This document shows, piece after piece, positions 34,792 to 46,657 of a stretch of DNA of 64,000 nucleotides. Both the position numbers and the translations under genes were made by a program. Source of the DNA: Rhizophagus irregularis (taxonomy: Eukaryota); contig NC_089430.1 of NCBI RefSeq assembly GCF_026210795.1, positions 1,054,001-1,118,000 of the forward strand, read 5' to 3'. Numbering within the stretch: the first letter of the stretch is position 1; each line of letters begins with the position of its first letter. The notes below the pieces were generated by a model. The model made no database searches. It was not told the DNA's origin and saw only the letters and a list, made by a program, of their open reading frames with translations.

Positions 34792-35262
34792 TTATGCAAG
34801 AAGTTCTGCTAAGGTTTTCTCAGCCTCATTCATAGTGACAGCTCGCTTTGGGGGACCTGTTAATGAGTCCTTAGTTACATTATAATACAACTCGAAGAGG
34901 GCCTCAAGTTTGTCTAAAAGAGCTTGTTTATTCTTGTATGATTCATGAATCTTTGCTATCTTAGCAGTATATGCTGCATTATCTGGGAAGAGTTTTCTGG
35001 CCACGAACTTCACATATGATACAGGAGACTTTGCTGTCTGGATTCTCTTGATATACTTCACATGATCCTGGACAAGGTAGCTGGTTTTGCTAAACCCAGA
35101 TACTAATGCGACTACTATAGTGTCTTTCAATGCACGGATAATCTTGAGGACAGTTTCATCAGAAACAATGGTGAACTGATTGTGTGATGCATTATAAATA
35201 ACTTTATCACTAATGCTGTCAGTGCTGTTAATAATGCTTGCTAATTCGGTATATGTTGACAT
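34792..35262 (-). CDS. Hypothetical 156-aa protein (copy B)
   Basis: Intact; homologue of 12627-13097. Confidence 0.7.
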   Translation of the reverse strand: MSTYTELASIINSTDSISDKVIYNASHNQFTIVSDETVLKIIRALKDTIVVALVSGFSKTSYLVQDHVKYIKRIQTAKSPVSYVKFVARKLFPDNAAYTAKIAKIHESYKNKQALLDKLEALFELYYNVTKDSLTGPPKRAVTMNEAEKTLAELLA

Positions 35263-35375
35263 GATTCCTTATACTTTTTTGTACTTTGTAATAAATAGGA
35301 ATCTTCAAATTGACTTTACATTCAAGCAAGAAAAAATATATATACCTACTGTAAATTCAACCGCATTCTTGGCAA

Positions 35376-37256
35376 TCATGTCCAGATAACCTTGTTTGCA
35401 TTTTTCACATGGCAGTATCCTGCGGTTTCAAACTTGAGAGCTTTCAATGCTTTGGATGCATTTTCTGGACAAGTGATAAGTGTAGGACTACTCGGCTGTT
35501 CCTCTAGAATAAATCCATCTGTATGGATGCGTCGTACTTTATCCTTATATGGTTCTAATAACTCTGAAGTCGTCTTCCGTCCATGTGCTAATAAGAATGG
35601 AGTGATCCTAGGATACTCACCCTTGAAGGGACTACCTGGGTTTGTAAACTGGAATCGCCACTGGTCAGATCCTACTGGTACGATGGAGTCAAGTGTGTGG
35701 CCTTCTGGAAACTTGAATGGATCTGTTTGATCTGTGGTGAGTGTCTTGTAATTGCGTTTCCTCTGGCAGAGTGCTCCCCATAGTGTATTGAGAACTCTTT
35801 TTGCAACACGACCGGCCACGCCACCCTGGTTCTTTATATTGAAGAGAAAGTGGACATACTCACCAAATATTACAGTCCCAGGAATTCTTGCTTCTCTGTC
35901 ATATATCAAGGCATTTGGCTTTACATCCTGGATTAACTGTATATCGAGTTCAAGTTTCTTTGCTCGTTGTAAGTCAATGAATGTATAGACTCCCCTCTTA
36001 TTCTGTCGGAAGAGAATGTCATTACCACTTACCTTGCCCTTGGGCGCTCCCTGGGAGCTAGCACGAAATAATCCATACAAGGCATAACCTCTATGGTCTA
36101 CAAAGTCTTTGAGTATTTGAAACTTACCTTGTCAGATTGGAAAGTTTGCATTTGATTGCTGAATACTTGGATACAAACTTGTCACGTCGTATTGCCTTCC
36201 ATAGCCCTTCCATTCATTGTCTGCCCAGATAAGACCTCCCATCATTGCATCACTTATCCACTCTGCTTCAACTGGGTCAAGAGGATCATTGGCTGGAACC
36301 CCTACACTAAACCGTTCAAAAAGCCAGAGTGCAGTTCTCTTGTACGACCAGTTGTGGTAAGATAAGTCGATTCCTAGACCGAACTTCTTTGTAGCCTGTA
36401 GGAAGGAATCCCGCTCTTCATGGATCCTCTGGTATGTTTCCTCAAGTGTTTCATATATTCCAGTTTTACAATTCTTCTCGATAGGGATGAAGGAGTAACT
36501 ATCAGAGTTCTTACCTTTCTGAAACTGTCCAACTGTAAGAGACTTAACTGTCTTACCATTGTATATTGTTACTACATTATTAACCCCATCTTCACGATAA
36601 ACAAAGGGAGACTTTCGTTTTCTATCTAATTTGCTAGGGTGGAGTCTTCCGGGATTCAGTGCAAGAGAGTAGTGGCCTTCAGACAGGATAAGTATTGCAC
36701 GTCTGTCAGATTTGCTCTTGGAAATTTGAGTGGAATCCCCTACAATATTAAGTGCAAGGCTTCCTGCAAGTTGTTCAACCTTATCCATATATGAGACTGG
36801 AACTGGAGCATCACGATTGAGACCTAATGCCTTTTTGATATACTCGGGCTTTTCGATTGACTTTGGCATTTTAGAGAATGTGCCGTAGATATATTTCAGG
36901 CATTCATACAGGCAATCATTTAGCTCCCCGTTGCAACCCCCTGCAACCGGTGGGGCATCTCTCACATAAATTATGAATCGTTCAAAATAATCAGGGTCTG
37001 CGTCATCCGGTAGTTGTGCTTCGTCGTAGTGGTCCAAGAGTGAGAAAAGGCTGGCTGGTTGGTTTCCTGATGTCCATCCACCAGGTTTCCAGTTTTCATA
37101 GGGGAGCAGAATCTGAAATTTATGTGTCGGATACCAGGATTGGAGTCGCTGTCCAAGTCTTGCTATTGCTCCTCTGGAAAATCTTGCGCCTGAATACTGT
37201 AATTCTTTGATATCCGGTCTTGTAGGTAAAGCACGGACAATCTCTGAATAAACCAT
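35376..37256 (-). pseudogene. Protein-primed-type family B DNA polymerase with OTU-like N-terminal region (~626 codons; one CGA>TGA stop at 36132)
   Basis: AMMGG, YDVTSLYPS (motif A), AKRVLNTLWG (motif B), RIHTDGFIL (variant motif C). N-terminal NDCLYECL...ILILSEGHYSL. Confidence 0.88.
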
Positions 37257-37339
37257 TTGATGTATTTATAAATTGTGTTCAGTTGTAATATAGGTTTTTT
37301 ATACAAAAAATATAAGATAACTAAGAAGTGCTTATCTTA

Positions 37340-39882
37340 TTAAAAGGAGTCAATCTTGCTGCATACACGATCAAGATCCTCTTCATCCCAGTCGTCGACA
37401 ATTCCATTGGCGGCTTCCCATTCACGTTCCATATCAGTTTTTGGACGTTCCTCTAGGATTTCTCGTGCTTTACCCTTATTCATCTTCATAGTTTCATAAC
37501 CAGAGGTGGTAGGAATAATCTCGGCATCACGATCCTCCTTGTATACTCTTATTAGATCTGCGAGTTCTTTACGGCTATGTGTTTTAGGTAAGTTCCCATT
37601 ATATTCGATCTAGTCCTTGAAGCGGTCTACTACCTCCCTAAGGTAATACTGGTACTCGTCCTCAATACGTGTTGTGGGACATTCCTCTACTTCAAACGCG
37701 AGTATTTCCCAGTCATAGTCGTCTGACACGTCTTGGTACTTAGCCCATAAATCCTTACCTGTATTGTAGAGATCATTGAAGACCTGGTCCTTTGAATTCT
37801 TGACCCATGGCTTACGATCCCATCGGTGCCTTTCATGCCAAGTCCAGTGTGCTCGAGTACCTTCCTTTGGTTCAGGGTCCCAGTCAACTTCTAGTTCTGT
37901 GTCGGGTTTTGGGATAGGTTGCTCTTCAGGAGCCGGTTCTGGGTCAGGCTTAGTGACAGATGCAGAAAATTCTGCAGGAGACTCAGGTTGTTGTTCAGGA
38001 GCTGGGTTCACAGTTGTAAAATCTGAGTCAGATAGCAAGTCATTTAAAACGTCGTAGTCATCATCAGCTTTATATGCAGGTTCCTCAGCAGGCGGCTCAT
38101 TTTCTTGATCAGGTTCCTCATCAGATAGATAACAGTCCGAAAAGCTATCTATAGGTTCATCAGTATCAGATTCTATAGGAGCTGGAGATTCCTCAGGAAT
38201 AGGATCCTCATTGATGACAGGTGCGGGTTTTACCTTCAAGCAATCGGGCTTAAGTGGTACTGGTGGTGGAGTCTTTTTGGAAACTGGTTTCTTTTCAATA
38301 GGCTTCTTCTTGACAGGAGCGGGTTTTTCCTCAGCAGGTTTCTCTTGTACGTCTTGTGGATTATTAGCAGGAATGCTATATATATTTGCCAAGAACTTTT
38401 CTAAGGCTTTGGGATCAGATGCGGGCTTCTCGGGAGTTTCTACATCTATTCCTTCTATATTGATTTCATCTGTTTCGTGGATCCATTTTTTGGTGAGAAA
38501 CTTTTTGTAAAGGTCCTCCCTAGATATGCTGTAAACTCGTGGTGTTGCCTTACCTACACGTATTTTTCTGCTATTTATACCCAACTCATTTGATAGGATT
38601 CTAGAAGCGTTTATCTTTGATAGGGGTGTAATGCAATGAGTTTCACAGTATGAAGTATATACCCTATAAAATTCTTGAACAGGTAGGTCGGTTATATGAT
38701 TTTTTACTATGAGGTAAATGTCCTTTATGAATTGAAATAGGGGTGGGAGAGTTGATATGATGTGATCCTGCTTAGATGTTGTTATAGGTGGTGGATTCCC
38801 ATTGAAGTCTGGGTAAACGTCTGCAATGGCTCTCAAGTAAGCATAGAATGCCTCACTGGCACCTGGGTATTTCATAGCGTCACTGAGTTTCTTAAAGTAG
38901 TTGAGGTCTCCCTTGCGGGATGGTGACACATCCAAGAACACTGTGCGCCTATCGTCATTCTCCACTCTGAGAGCATTTTCATTAGTGAGTACAATGGTGG
39001 ATATAAAGTTTTTGTAATGTGTTGGCGTCTTGTATTTTTCATGGATTTCCATTATGTCACCTGTTACCTTATCCTTCAATGATCGATACAGATTATTCCA
39101 CTGGCTTTTTTCTGTAGGCATTTCCTTGAGGAGGAGAAGAACCTTACCTTGTAATTGCCCATTGAAACTTCCAAGAATCGTTTGAGGATCACTGGTCTTA
39201 TAAACAAGTTGAGTACCTAAGACACTACGTTGAATGAAATCTGTTATAATACTTTTACCCCAACCCTGTCCAGATTTCAGGTAGAGAATCGAATACATTT
39301 TCCTTCCAGCTGCCACACTGGCCAACCACTTTATGATATACTCAGTAAGATTCCAATCGCCTGAACACCAGATATCCTGAATGTGAGAGAAATAAATTTA
39401 ACTGCGAGGTGGGTTGTAGATTCAAAAGTGGATATCGGACGCAGGATATGGAGAAATCCTGGGAAGATATTGAGATAAAGTTGGCCACCTAGTTTAAAGA
39501 TACGGGATTTTTGAGGGTCACAGGTAGCTACACATACAGTACTATATTCGATCATAAACCATTTGTTGATATTAAATTCAACCTTTTGTGAAGGACCCTG
39601 TTCAGATTGTGTGTAAAAGACTTTGGTAATTGGACGGATAAGTTTATTAATATTTTTATCAGGGATGTGCTCGAGGTTTTTGATTTCTGATCGCCACATG
39701 AAGACTCCATGTGGGTTGGAGCAGGGGATAAAGTAACTGCAAAGATAACCTTTAGCTTGATTGAGATCCCTCATATTCTTTGCAGCGTTAATGAGCCGTT
39801 TAAGCTCATCAATACTAAAAGCCTTCTTCTGTTCACCGAACTTGGGGATAACTTGAGCTTGAGTGCTAGTTTGGGCAGTCAT
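37340..39882 (-). pseudogene. SF3 (D5-like) helicase, copy B (one frameshift, one late stop)
   Basis: SGQGWGKS, LLLLKEM, IVLTNEN; colinear with 1397-3955. Confidence 0.85.
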
Positions 39883-40174
39883 TTTTTGTTCTATCAAATC
39901 GAGTACTAATTTATAGTTACCTAATCTTCAATTGCCGAATATTTTTCCAAAGATCTGCACTCCTACCAATTTACCCTCCTGTAGTCCTATGGTCCTGCGA
40001 TTCTGCGGTCCTCCGGTTATATCTGGTTATCTTCTAGGGGTAAAAAAAAACTATAAACCACGAACCTTTACGACTGCTCTAAATCTTCCCTTCCCCTTTT
40101 TCAAACTACATATATCTGAAATCCAAACCGCTCAAGAGCTCCTTTTACTATAGTTAGCTTTTTTCTAGTGTCCG

Positions 40175-40459
40175 TTAACTCTTTACAAGCCTTTTGATAC
40201 GCCTTCCATTCAAGTTCACAGAGGATACCCTCCTCCTCCAATGATTGGCCAAGAGCATCATTTGCTTTTTCCTTCTTTTCACTGCCCTGTCGTATGCCTC
40301 CTCGGCTTTTTTATGCCGCTTCCAGAGTACTCGTTCAGCTTCAGCTCTCCAGATTGGGCTGACTTCTAAAAGATGTGGCCCAAAATTGCTACTTGGAATG
40401 TGTTCCAGGATATGGCTTACAAGTTCGGGGATTACTAATACTGCGTGCGGGGTATACAT
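40175..40459 (-). CDS. F-box-like small protein next to the TIR (possibly frameshifted at its 3' end)
   Basis: VLVIPELVSHILEHIP......LLEVSPIWRAEA fits an F-box-like pattern. Confidence 0.55.
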   Translation of the reverse strand: MYTPHAVLVIPELVSHILEHIPSSNFGPHLLEVSPIWRAEAERVLWKRHKKAEEAYDRAVKRRKKQMMLLANHWRRRVSSVNLNGRRIKRLVKS

Positions 40460-40488
40460 GTTATCTGTCCTTATAGGTTACTTATGGT

Positions 40489-40951
40489 ATACCCATTGTT
40501 CAATTACTTATTTTTTCTGACGGGGGCGGGACGGGGTTGGTCTTACTGGCTTTATAGACCTTCTAGGGGCTTACCTACTAATTTACCTGGTTTGCTGTCT
40601 CACTACTTCCAACAGATTATTAGACGGAATCCTGACTTGTTCCAGATGTTCCGGATGTGGCGGATCTGGGGGGTAAAAATAAAACTTTTTCTGGGGAGAT
40701 GTCCTCTCATATTTTTTCTGAAACATCTGCCACATCTGCCACATCCGGGACAACCCTCTCATTATATCCGTTATTCCTTCCTTTTCTATTGTTTTCTAGT
40801 TATTTGGTATATATATTTGTTCCATATGTTGTCCCAGATTGTGGCGGATATATGGGGATTCCTGAGCCCCGTAGGGGCGATATAGGTATTGCGACGGGTC
40901 GTAGACCTGGAGGTGGGTGGTGCTTGCACCTCCCACATCCAGCCCGACGAC
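40489..40951. repeat. Terminal inverted repeat of copy B (helicase side)
   Basis: Inverted copy of 26223-26686; ends CCAGCCCGACGAC. Confidence 0.95.
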
Positions 40952-41820
40952 TTAAAACACATGGAATAAAAATTTGCTTGTAAACATTTTTTATTAGTCC
41001 GAAGTGTAACAAAGGACTATATACTATTCGTATCGGTTTCACAAATGTTTGTTGTACATCCGGCACGTGATGATGTGCGATCGGTTTCCTTTTCCTAGTT
41101 AGTATGAAGAATTTTTATTAGTAATTATATACCGGTATTTGATTAGTACCGGGTACTATTCAAAATCGGATTTTGATTAGTACCGGGGTACTATTCAGAA
41201 ATACCCGAATGTAAACTTGAATAATACACAGGTACTATTTATGGGGGGTACTATTTGAGGGGGGTACTGTATGCAGCGCTATACGGTACATGAAATATTT
41301 TTGTGTCGTCCATAAGGTTGCTTGCTGAAACCTGTTTGGCCTAATGCTGAAAGGTGAAACCTCTTATATAGTGCCGAAATGCTGAAACGCTGAAACTGCG
41401 AAACCTGTCAAAATTGCGAAACTGTCAAAACATGCCGAAACCTCTATAATAGGTTTCTCCGTAGTTTCGGCATAGTTGATCATAAGATTTGCATATAGTT
41501 ACGCCAAGTTACACCAATTAATAATATAATTTAGATGATCAAATAATCTACAGATAAAAGATTAAACTTCAATATTTTACCGTTGTCTTAGTTCTTTTAA
41601 GCTTTATCTAGTGTTAGAATTTTCATTTCTAACTCCCATATTAATATTATGATATTACACGTTTTTACAGTTTTTTTTTAAGGGGCTTATATTCATTAAA
41701 GGAAAATGCGTAACATGCATTTAATAAACCCAATTCTGTCATTTCCTTTAACACTGAACTAAAGTTTCTTTTACTTTCTTCCATTTTCTTAATAATAATA
41801 TTAATAATAAACTGTTTCAA

Positions 41821-44121
41821 ATGACTGATCACATAGAAGATTCACCCATTAAAAATGAAAAATAGAGGAGGTCGGCCACCTAATAGCATTTAGGAAGATA
41901 TTAATAAAGGAGAAGCTGTTAGTTCTGGCAAATTTGCCGCCTCCTGCAAGTACTGTAAGAATACATGGTCACGCGGTGAAGTTTCAAAGCTCGAAGAGCA
42001 TCTTTCAAACCATTGTCCAGATGCACCAGCAGCAGTTGTTAGAAGGTATATGACTAAAGTAATGGAACGGCAAGATAAGTCCAAGTCATCCAAAAAAAGA
42101 AAATACTCTGAAGGTCAAAGTAACATGGATGATTACCATGATTCAACAGAGCTTAACAAACAAAGATGTACACGAATTAATCGTGCATTAGTTAAATTTT
42201 TTATTGCGTGTGGAATTGCATTTAGAGTAGTGGAACATCCCTTTTTCATCAATTTTATAAAAGAGCTTAATGCCGGGTACAATACACCAACAAGGGAAGT
42301 ATTAGTAAATCAACTACTTGAACGTGAATTAGCTCAAGTGAACTTCAAAGTTAATTCTGAGCTTGAAAAGGAAACGAATTTAACGTTAGGTTTGTTAAAT
42401 TAAATAGGCTATCATACGTCATTTTTATTTAATCTTACTTACTATATAATATTAATTTATAATTTAGCCTTTGATGGTTGGACGTCTGGTACACATCGTT
42501 CAATTTGGAACTTCATTGTAATGACTCTGTCGCGTAAAGAATATCTTTATCAACTTTCTGATTTGTCTGAAAATTCGCACACTGCAGAATATCTAGTTAC
42601 GGTAATTGAAAAGGTTATAAAAGGTATTGGAGAAGATCGAATATGTGCTGTAGTTTCCGATAATGCGGCCAATGTTCGTAATGCATGAAAAATTATACAT
42701 GAGAATCATCCAAAGATTGAGAATGTGCGATGCGTTGCACATTCTATCAATTTAATTGCATGCGACATCGTCAAGAAGAAGTTTGGGGAACGTTTATTAA
42801 AACGTGTTAATATTTTGACAACCTTTTTTAGAAGTTCTCATCAGGCTAATGCAAAACTTGCTCAAATAATTAAAGAAAAAGGAATTAGTGGAGGAGGATT
42901 AAAATTATATTGCAAGACACGCTAGACTACTGCTAGTGAATCCGTAAATTCAGTAATAAATTTGGAATCAGCACTAGAAGAAATGGCCAGCGATCATGAT
43001 AAAGTGCTAACAAATGATAAAATAAAACTGATTATTCAATCGAGAAATTTTTTTCAAATTTATGAGTTCTTGGATTTGTTCTGGATCCTCTAAGAAAAGC
43101 GGTACTTTCATTAGAATCGAGAAGAGCTACACTTGCAGATTGTTTCCTGAGCTTGGCAAGACTTGCAGCTACATTAAAAAAGTTACCCAAATCATTAAAT
43201 CCTGCATTCTGAAGTCATTGTATCAAAGTAATAAATGAAAGATTTGATGAGTTCGATGATGATAAGTATATTACTTGTTTTTTTATGGATCCCAGATTTA
43301 GAAATGCGCCACTTAAAAAATGCGCCCTCATGAGAATTATCAAATGTGCAGCTTCAATCGGGAAAAATTTAGGTTTTGACCGTTACGAAGCTGAAACTTT
43401 ATGTGATCAAATACAGAAATATATTAATGAACAAGAGCCATTTGACCTAGATATCGGTTTTGCTAAAGATAATCCCGTGAATTGGTGGAAATATATTAAT
43501 ACCAAACCAGAACCAGATGTCCTGCCAAGAATTGCAAGTTATCTATTTGCAATATGTCCTAACTCAGCAACTTGCGAACGTGGATTTTCGACTTTAGGAT
43601 GGCTATTTCATAAACGTCGCTTAAATCTTAATGTGGATAAACTAGAATCCATGTGCAAATTAATTTTGTATTGGAAATCCAATTCAAAAACTGAACTTGG
43701 ATTTTATGGAATTGATCAAAAAAAGAATACTCGTCTTAGTGATAATGAGATTAATATACGTATTGCAGAAGCTTTTGCAGAAGATGACGATGAGGAATAT
43801 ATTGAGGAGCAAGCTTCTACTCAGAGATTAACTACAAGCGGCAAAACAATACCCGAAGACAATTGCCGTGTAGTAATCGAAAGTCTATGGATTGATCAAT
43901 TTGTTAATTTATCGCATGATTCAATTACTAGTGAAATCGGAGATATTCCAAGAGATATATTGGATGATTCAGATTAAAATAATGCGGAAGATGATGAAGT
44001 TGATGATAGTGGTAATAACAAGAGACCCGGAGAAGGTGACTATGATTATGATATAGATGATGTATTAGGTATGGATGACGGTGATAATAATGACGATAAT
44101 TATAATGATAATGAGGAATAA
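41821..44121 (+). pseudogene. hAT transposase, copy 2 (multiple stops and frameshifts)
   Basis: BED finger; RCVAHSINLI; NSATCERGFSTLGW; intron ~42390-42467. Confidence 0.9.
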
Positions 44122-44278
44122 TAATAATGAGAAATAATTACAATAGTTAATCCAATGAGAATTAATTCTAATATCATATGATTTAAATAATGATACTATT
44201 TAGGAAATAAATGATGTAATTATGCAGGGCAAAATATTCGCGATCAAAGTCCAGTTAACATATAATTATGCAGGCAAT

Positions 44279-44522
44279 TAAGGTTGCTTGCCGAAACCTA
44301 GGGGTTTAGGCAAGATGGCGTTTCGCCGAAAAGCGAAATTCTGCCGAAACTATATTAAAGTTATATTAAAAAACTGGCGAAACTTTGGAGAAAGGTGAAA
44401 CTGCCGAAACTTATTATAAATGCCGAAACTGCCGAAACTCTGCCGAAACTATAATAAATCTATAGTAAAATTTTGACAAAACTAATCGTAGGATTTTGAA
44501 GAGGTTTAGACAAGCAACCTTA
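44279..44522. mobile_element. hAT-family MITE (same family as 6537-6780)
   Basis: Same TIRs; 8-bp TSD CAGGCAAT / TAGGCAAT. Confidence 0.9.
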
Positions 44523-45355
44523 TAGGCAATGCAGGCAATTGTAATTTTATATTATATTTTAAAACATTGCAATTTAATTAAGGAATAAGGATAAGCATAT
44601 TATATTTTAAAAATAGTGCAATTTAATTAAGGAATAAGGATAAGCATATTATATTTTAAAAATAGTGCAATTTAATTAAGGAATAAGAATAAGCATATTA
44701 TATTAGAATCAATAAGTTTTAAGGACTTCGTTAATTAAATTTATTACATTAGATCAATAAATTTTAAGAACTGCGTTACAAAAAAAAATTTAGAACTGCG
44801 TTAATTAAATTTATTACATTAGAATCAAAACTGTGTTTATTTTGTTACAAATACTTTAATTATGTAGAATGTTATTATGTTCATCAGTTCATGTTTTAAA
44901 CATTATAATGAATTTTAAAATTATTATAAATATTATGAAATTTGAATTTTTTTTTCGCAATTCAAAACCAAATTGTATTTTAATTTTCAAATTGTATTTA
45001 ATTTTCAAATTTCAAGTTACGAAAAAATCATAAAAATAAAAAATGGCAGCATTAGTACCTTTTGTCCCACCGCCACTACCAGTATTCCAATGGACGATTA
45101 ATGCAGCTAGGCAATTAATCGCGGAGCGGAGAAACTTACATCAGCAATTCGAAAGAATTGCAAACCGTCATCATGTAAATGCATGGACAATAATAGCAAA
45201 TAGGGTGTTCGTTGTAACGGGATTTGCAGCGACACCCAGGCAATGCCAAACAAAATGGAATGCCCTCAAACGAGGTTATGAAAACCTCAGTAGGATAATA
45301 AATAATAATGATGACGACATTCCTATTATAAGCCCAAATAGTTTCAATAGAACGT

Positions 45356-46028
45356 TGTCACCCACGTCTGCCACCTGTGGATAAACACATCTTTCTCATT
45401 TAACTTTATTTCTCGTTACTTTGCTTGGTTTAGATTTTATTTTTCTTTTAACTTCTCACTTTCTTTCTCATTTATCCGTAGTATTTATTCTCAATACTAC
45501 CACTCATTCATAATATTCCCAAAATATTATTCTTTATGTAATATTTATTCTTTCAAATATTACCACTTTATTTCCTATAAACTGCGAGAGTTCTCCTAAC
45601 TTCTTATTATATTTCATACAACAAAACGAGAATAACTCCTTCACTTTACTTTTCTGGACTTAATAGTATAATATTAATTAATTCTCAAGCGTACAATGAG
45701 CATATTCAAGATAACTTTTAATAATTAATATTTATTTTATTAAATTTGAGTCAAAAACTGACTGCAGAATTCCTAACGAATCCCACCTATATTTATACAT
45801 TTTTAAGAAAATTATTTCTACTATTTCTAACTTTTCTACTAATAAAAATTTAAGAACAATAAGAAAATAAAGATGTATTATCATATGACTATCTCGTGAC
45901 TAAACTAAACTAAACTATAAATATTATTTTATCAGTTAATTATTTATCCATCAGTTAATTATTTATCCTTGTTCTATTTGGTCTTTTATCCATCTGCTCA
46001 CGTGATTATCCTGATTTCTCGGGTTACA
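45356..46028 (-). repeat. 3' LTR
   Basis: TGTCACCCACG...GGGTTACA; matches 56339-57012. Confidence 0.93.
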
Positions 46029-46069
46029 GCTATCCCCCCAAGAAAAATTTGAGTCCCATCAAATTCTAA

Positions 46070-46530
46070 TTATAACTTCGAAACTTGACCTGTCAATATA
46101 TTCCTTCAATAATTCTTCATTTATTGGTGTTTTCTGTATTCTTCCCTCCATAGTTTTAATTTTATAAGATCCTTTAGAAATTATTTCATGTATATAACAC
46201 GGTCCTTTCCATTATTCTTCCAGTTTTCCAGACCATTGTTTTTCTTTTGCTGCATCATAATATAGTACTTTATCCCCTATTTGAAAATTCTTTTTCGTCT
46301 TATATTTCTTGTCATGATATTTCTTCTGTTTTTCTCGAGATTTCTCTATATTTTCTCTAGCTTGGCTTCTAATGTTCAGTGGATCTTCCATTAAACTATT
46401 AACTCTTTGTGTTATCGTAACATTTTCATCTTCTAAATTTAATAATGTCTTCATTTCTCTTCCATATATTAAATATCCCGGTTTTAACTTTGTTGAATTA
46501 TTCTTCTTTGTTCTACACGCGAATAAGACC
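46070..46530 (-). pseudogene. Gypsy integrase C-terminal remnant
   Basis: RSQARENIEKSREKQKKYHD....FQIGDKVL....KL..*WKGP.YI (GPY/F-type motif). Confidence 0.75.
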
Positions 46531-46548
46531 CCTCTTCCTCCATTTAAA

Positions 46549-46657
46549 ATATTGTAAAGGTTAAGGTGTTGTAAGGATTAAAATGTTGTAAAGGTTAAGG
46601 TGTTGTAAGGATTAAAATGTTGTAAAGGTTAAGATGTTGTAAAGATTAAAGTGTTGC
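46549..46657. repeat. 17-bp tandem repeat (alternating variants) at the integrase-remnant boundary
   Basis: TGTTGTAAAGGTTAAGG / TGTTGTAAGGATTAAAA, about 6 units. Confidence 0.8.

Larger units (their letters stand above)
26223..40951 (-). mobile_element. Polinton/Maverick-like element, copy B (complete, ~14.7 kb) with Gag-like/retropepsin cassette
   Basis: ~460-bp TIRs; TTAAA duplicated at 26218-26222 and 40952-40956; encodes integrase, PolB, ATPase, SF3 helicase. Confidence 0.92.
24081..41286 (+). mobile_element. pogo/Tc1-mariner DNA transposon (~2.5 kb own sequence) containing element copy B
   Basis: TIR CCGTATAGCGCTGCATATAGTACC / GGTACTGTATGCAGCGCTATACGG; TA TSD (24079-24080, 41287-41288). 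Confidence 0.93.
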
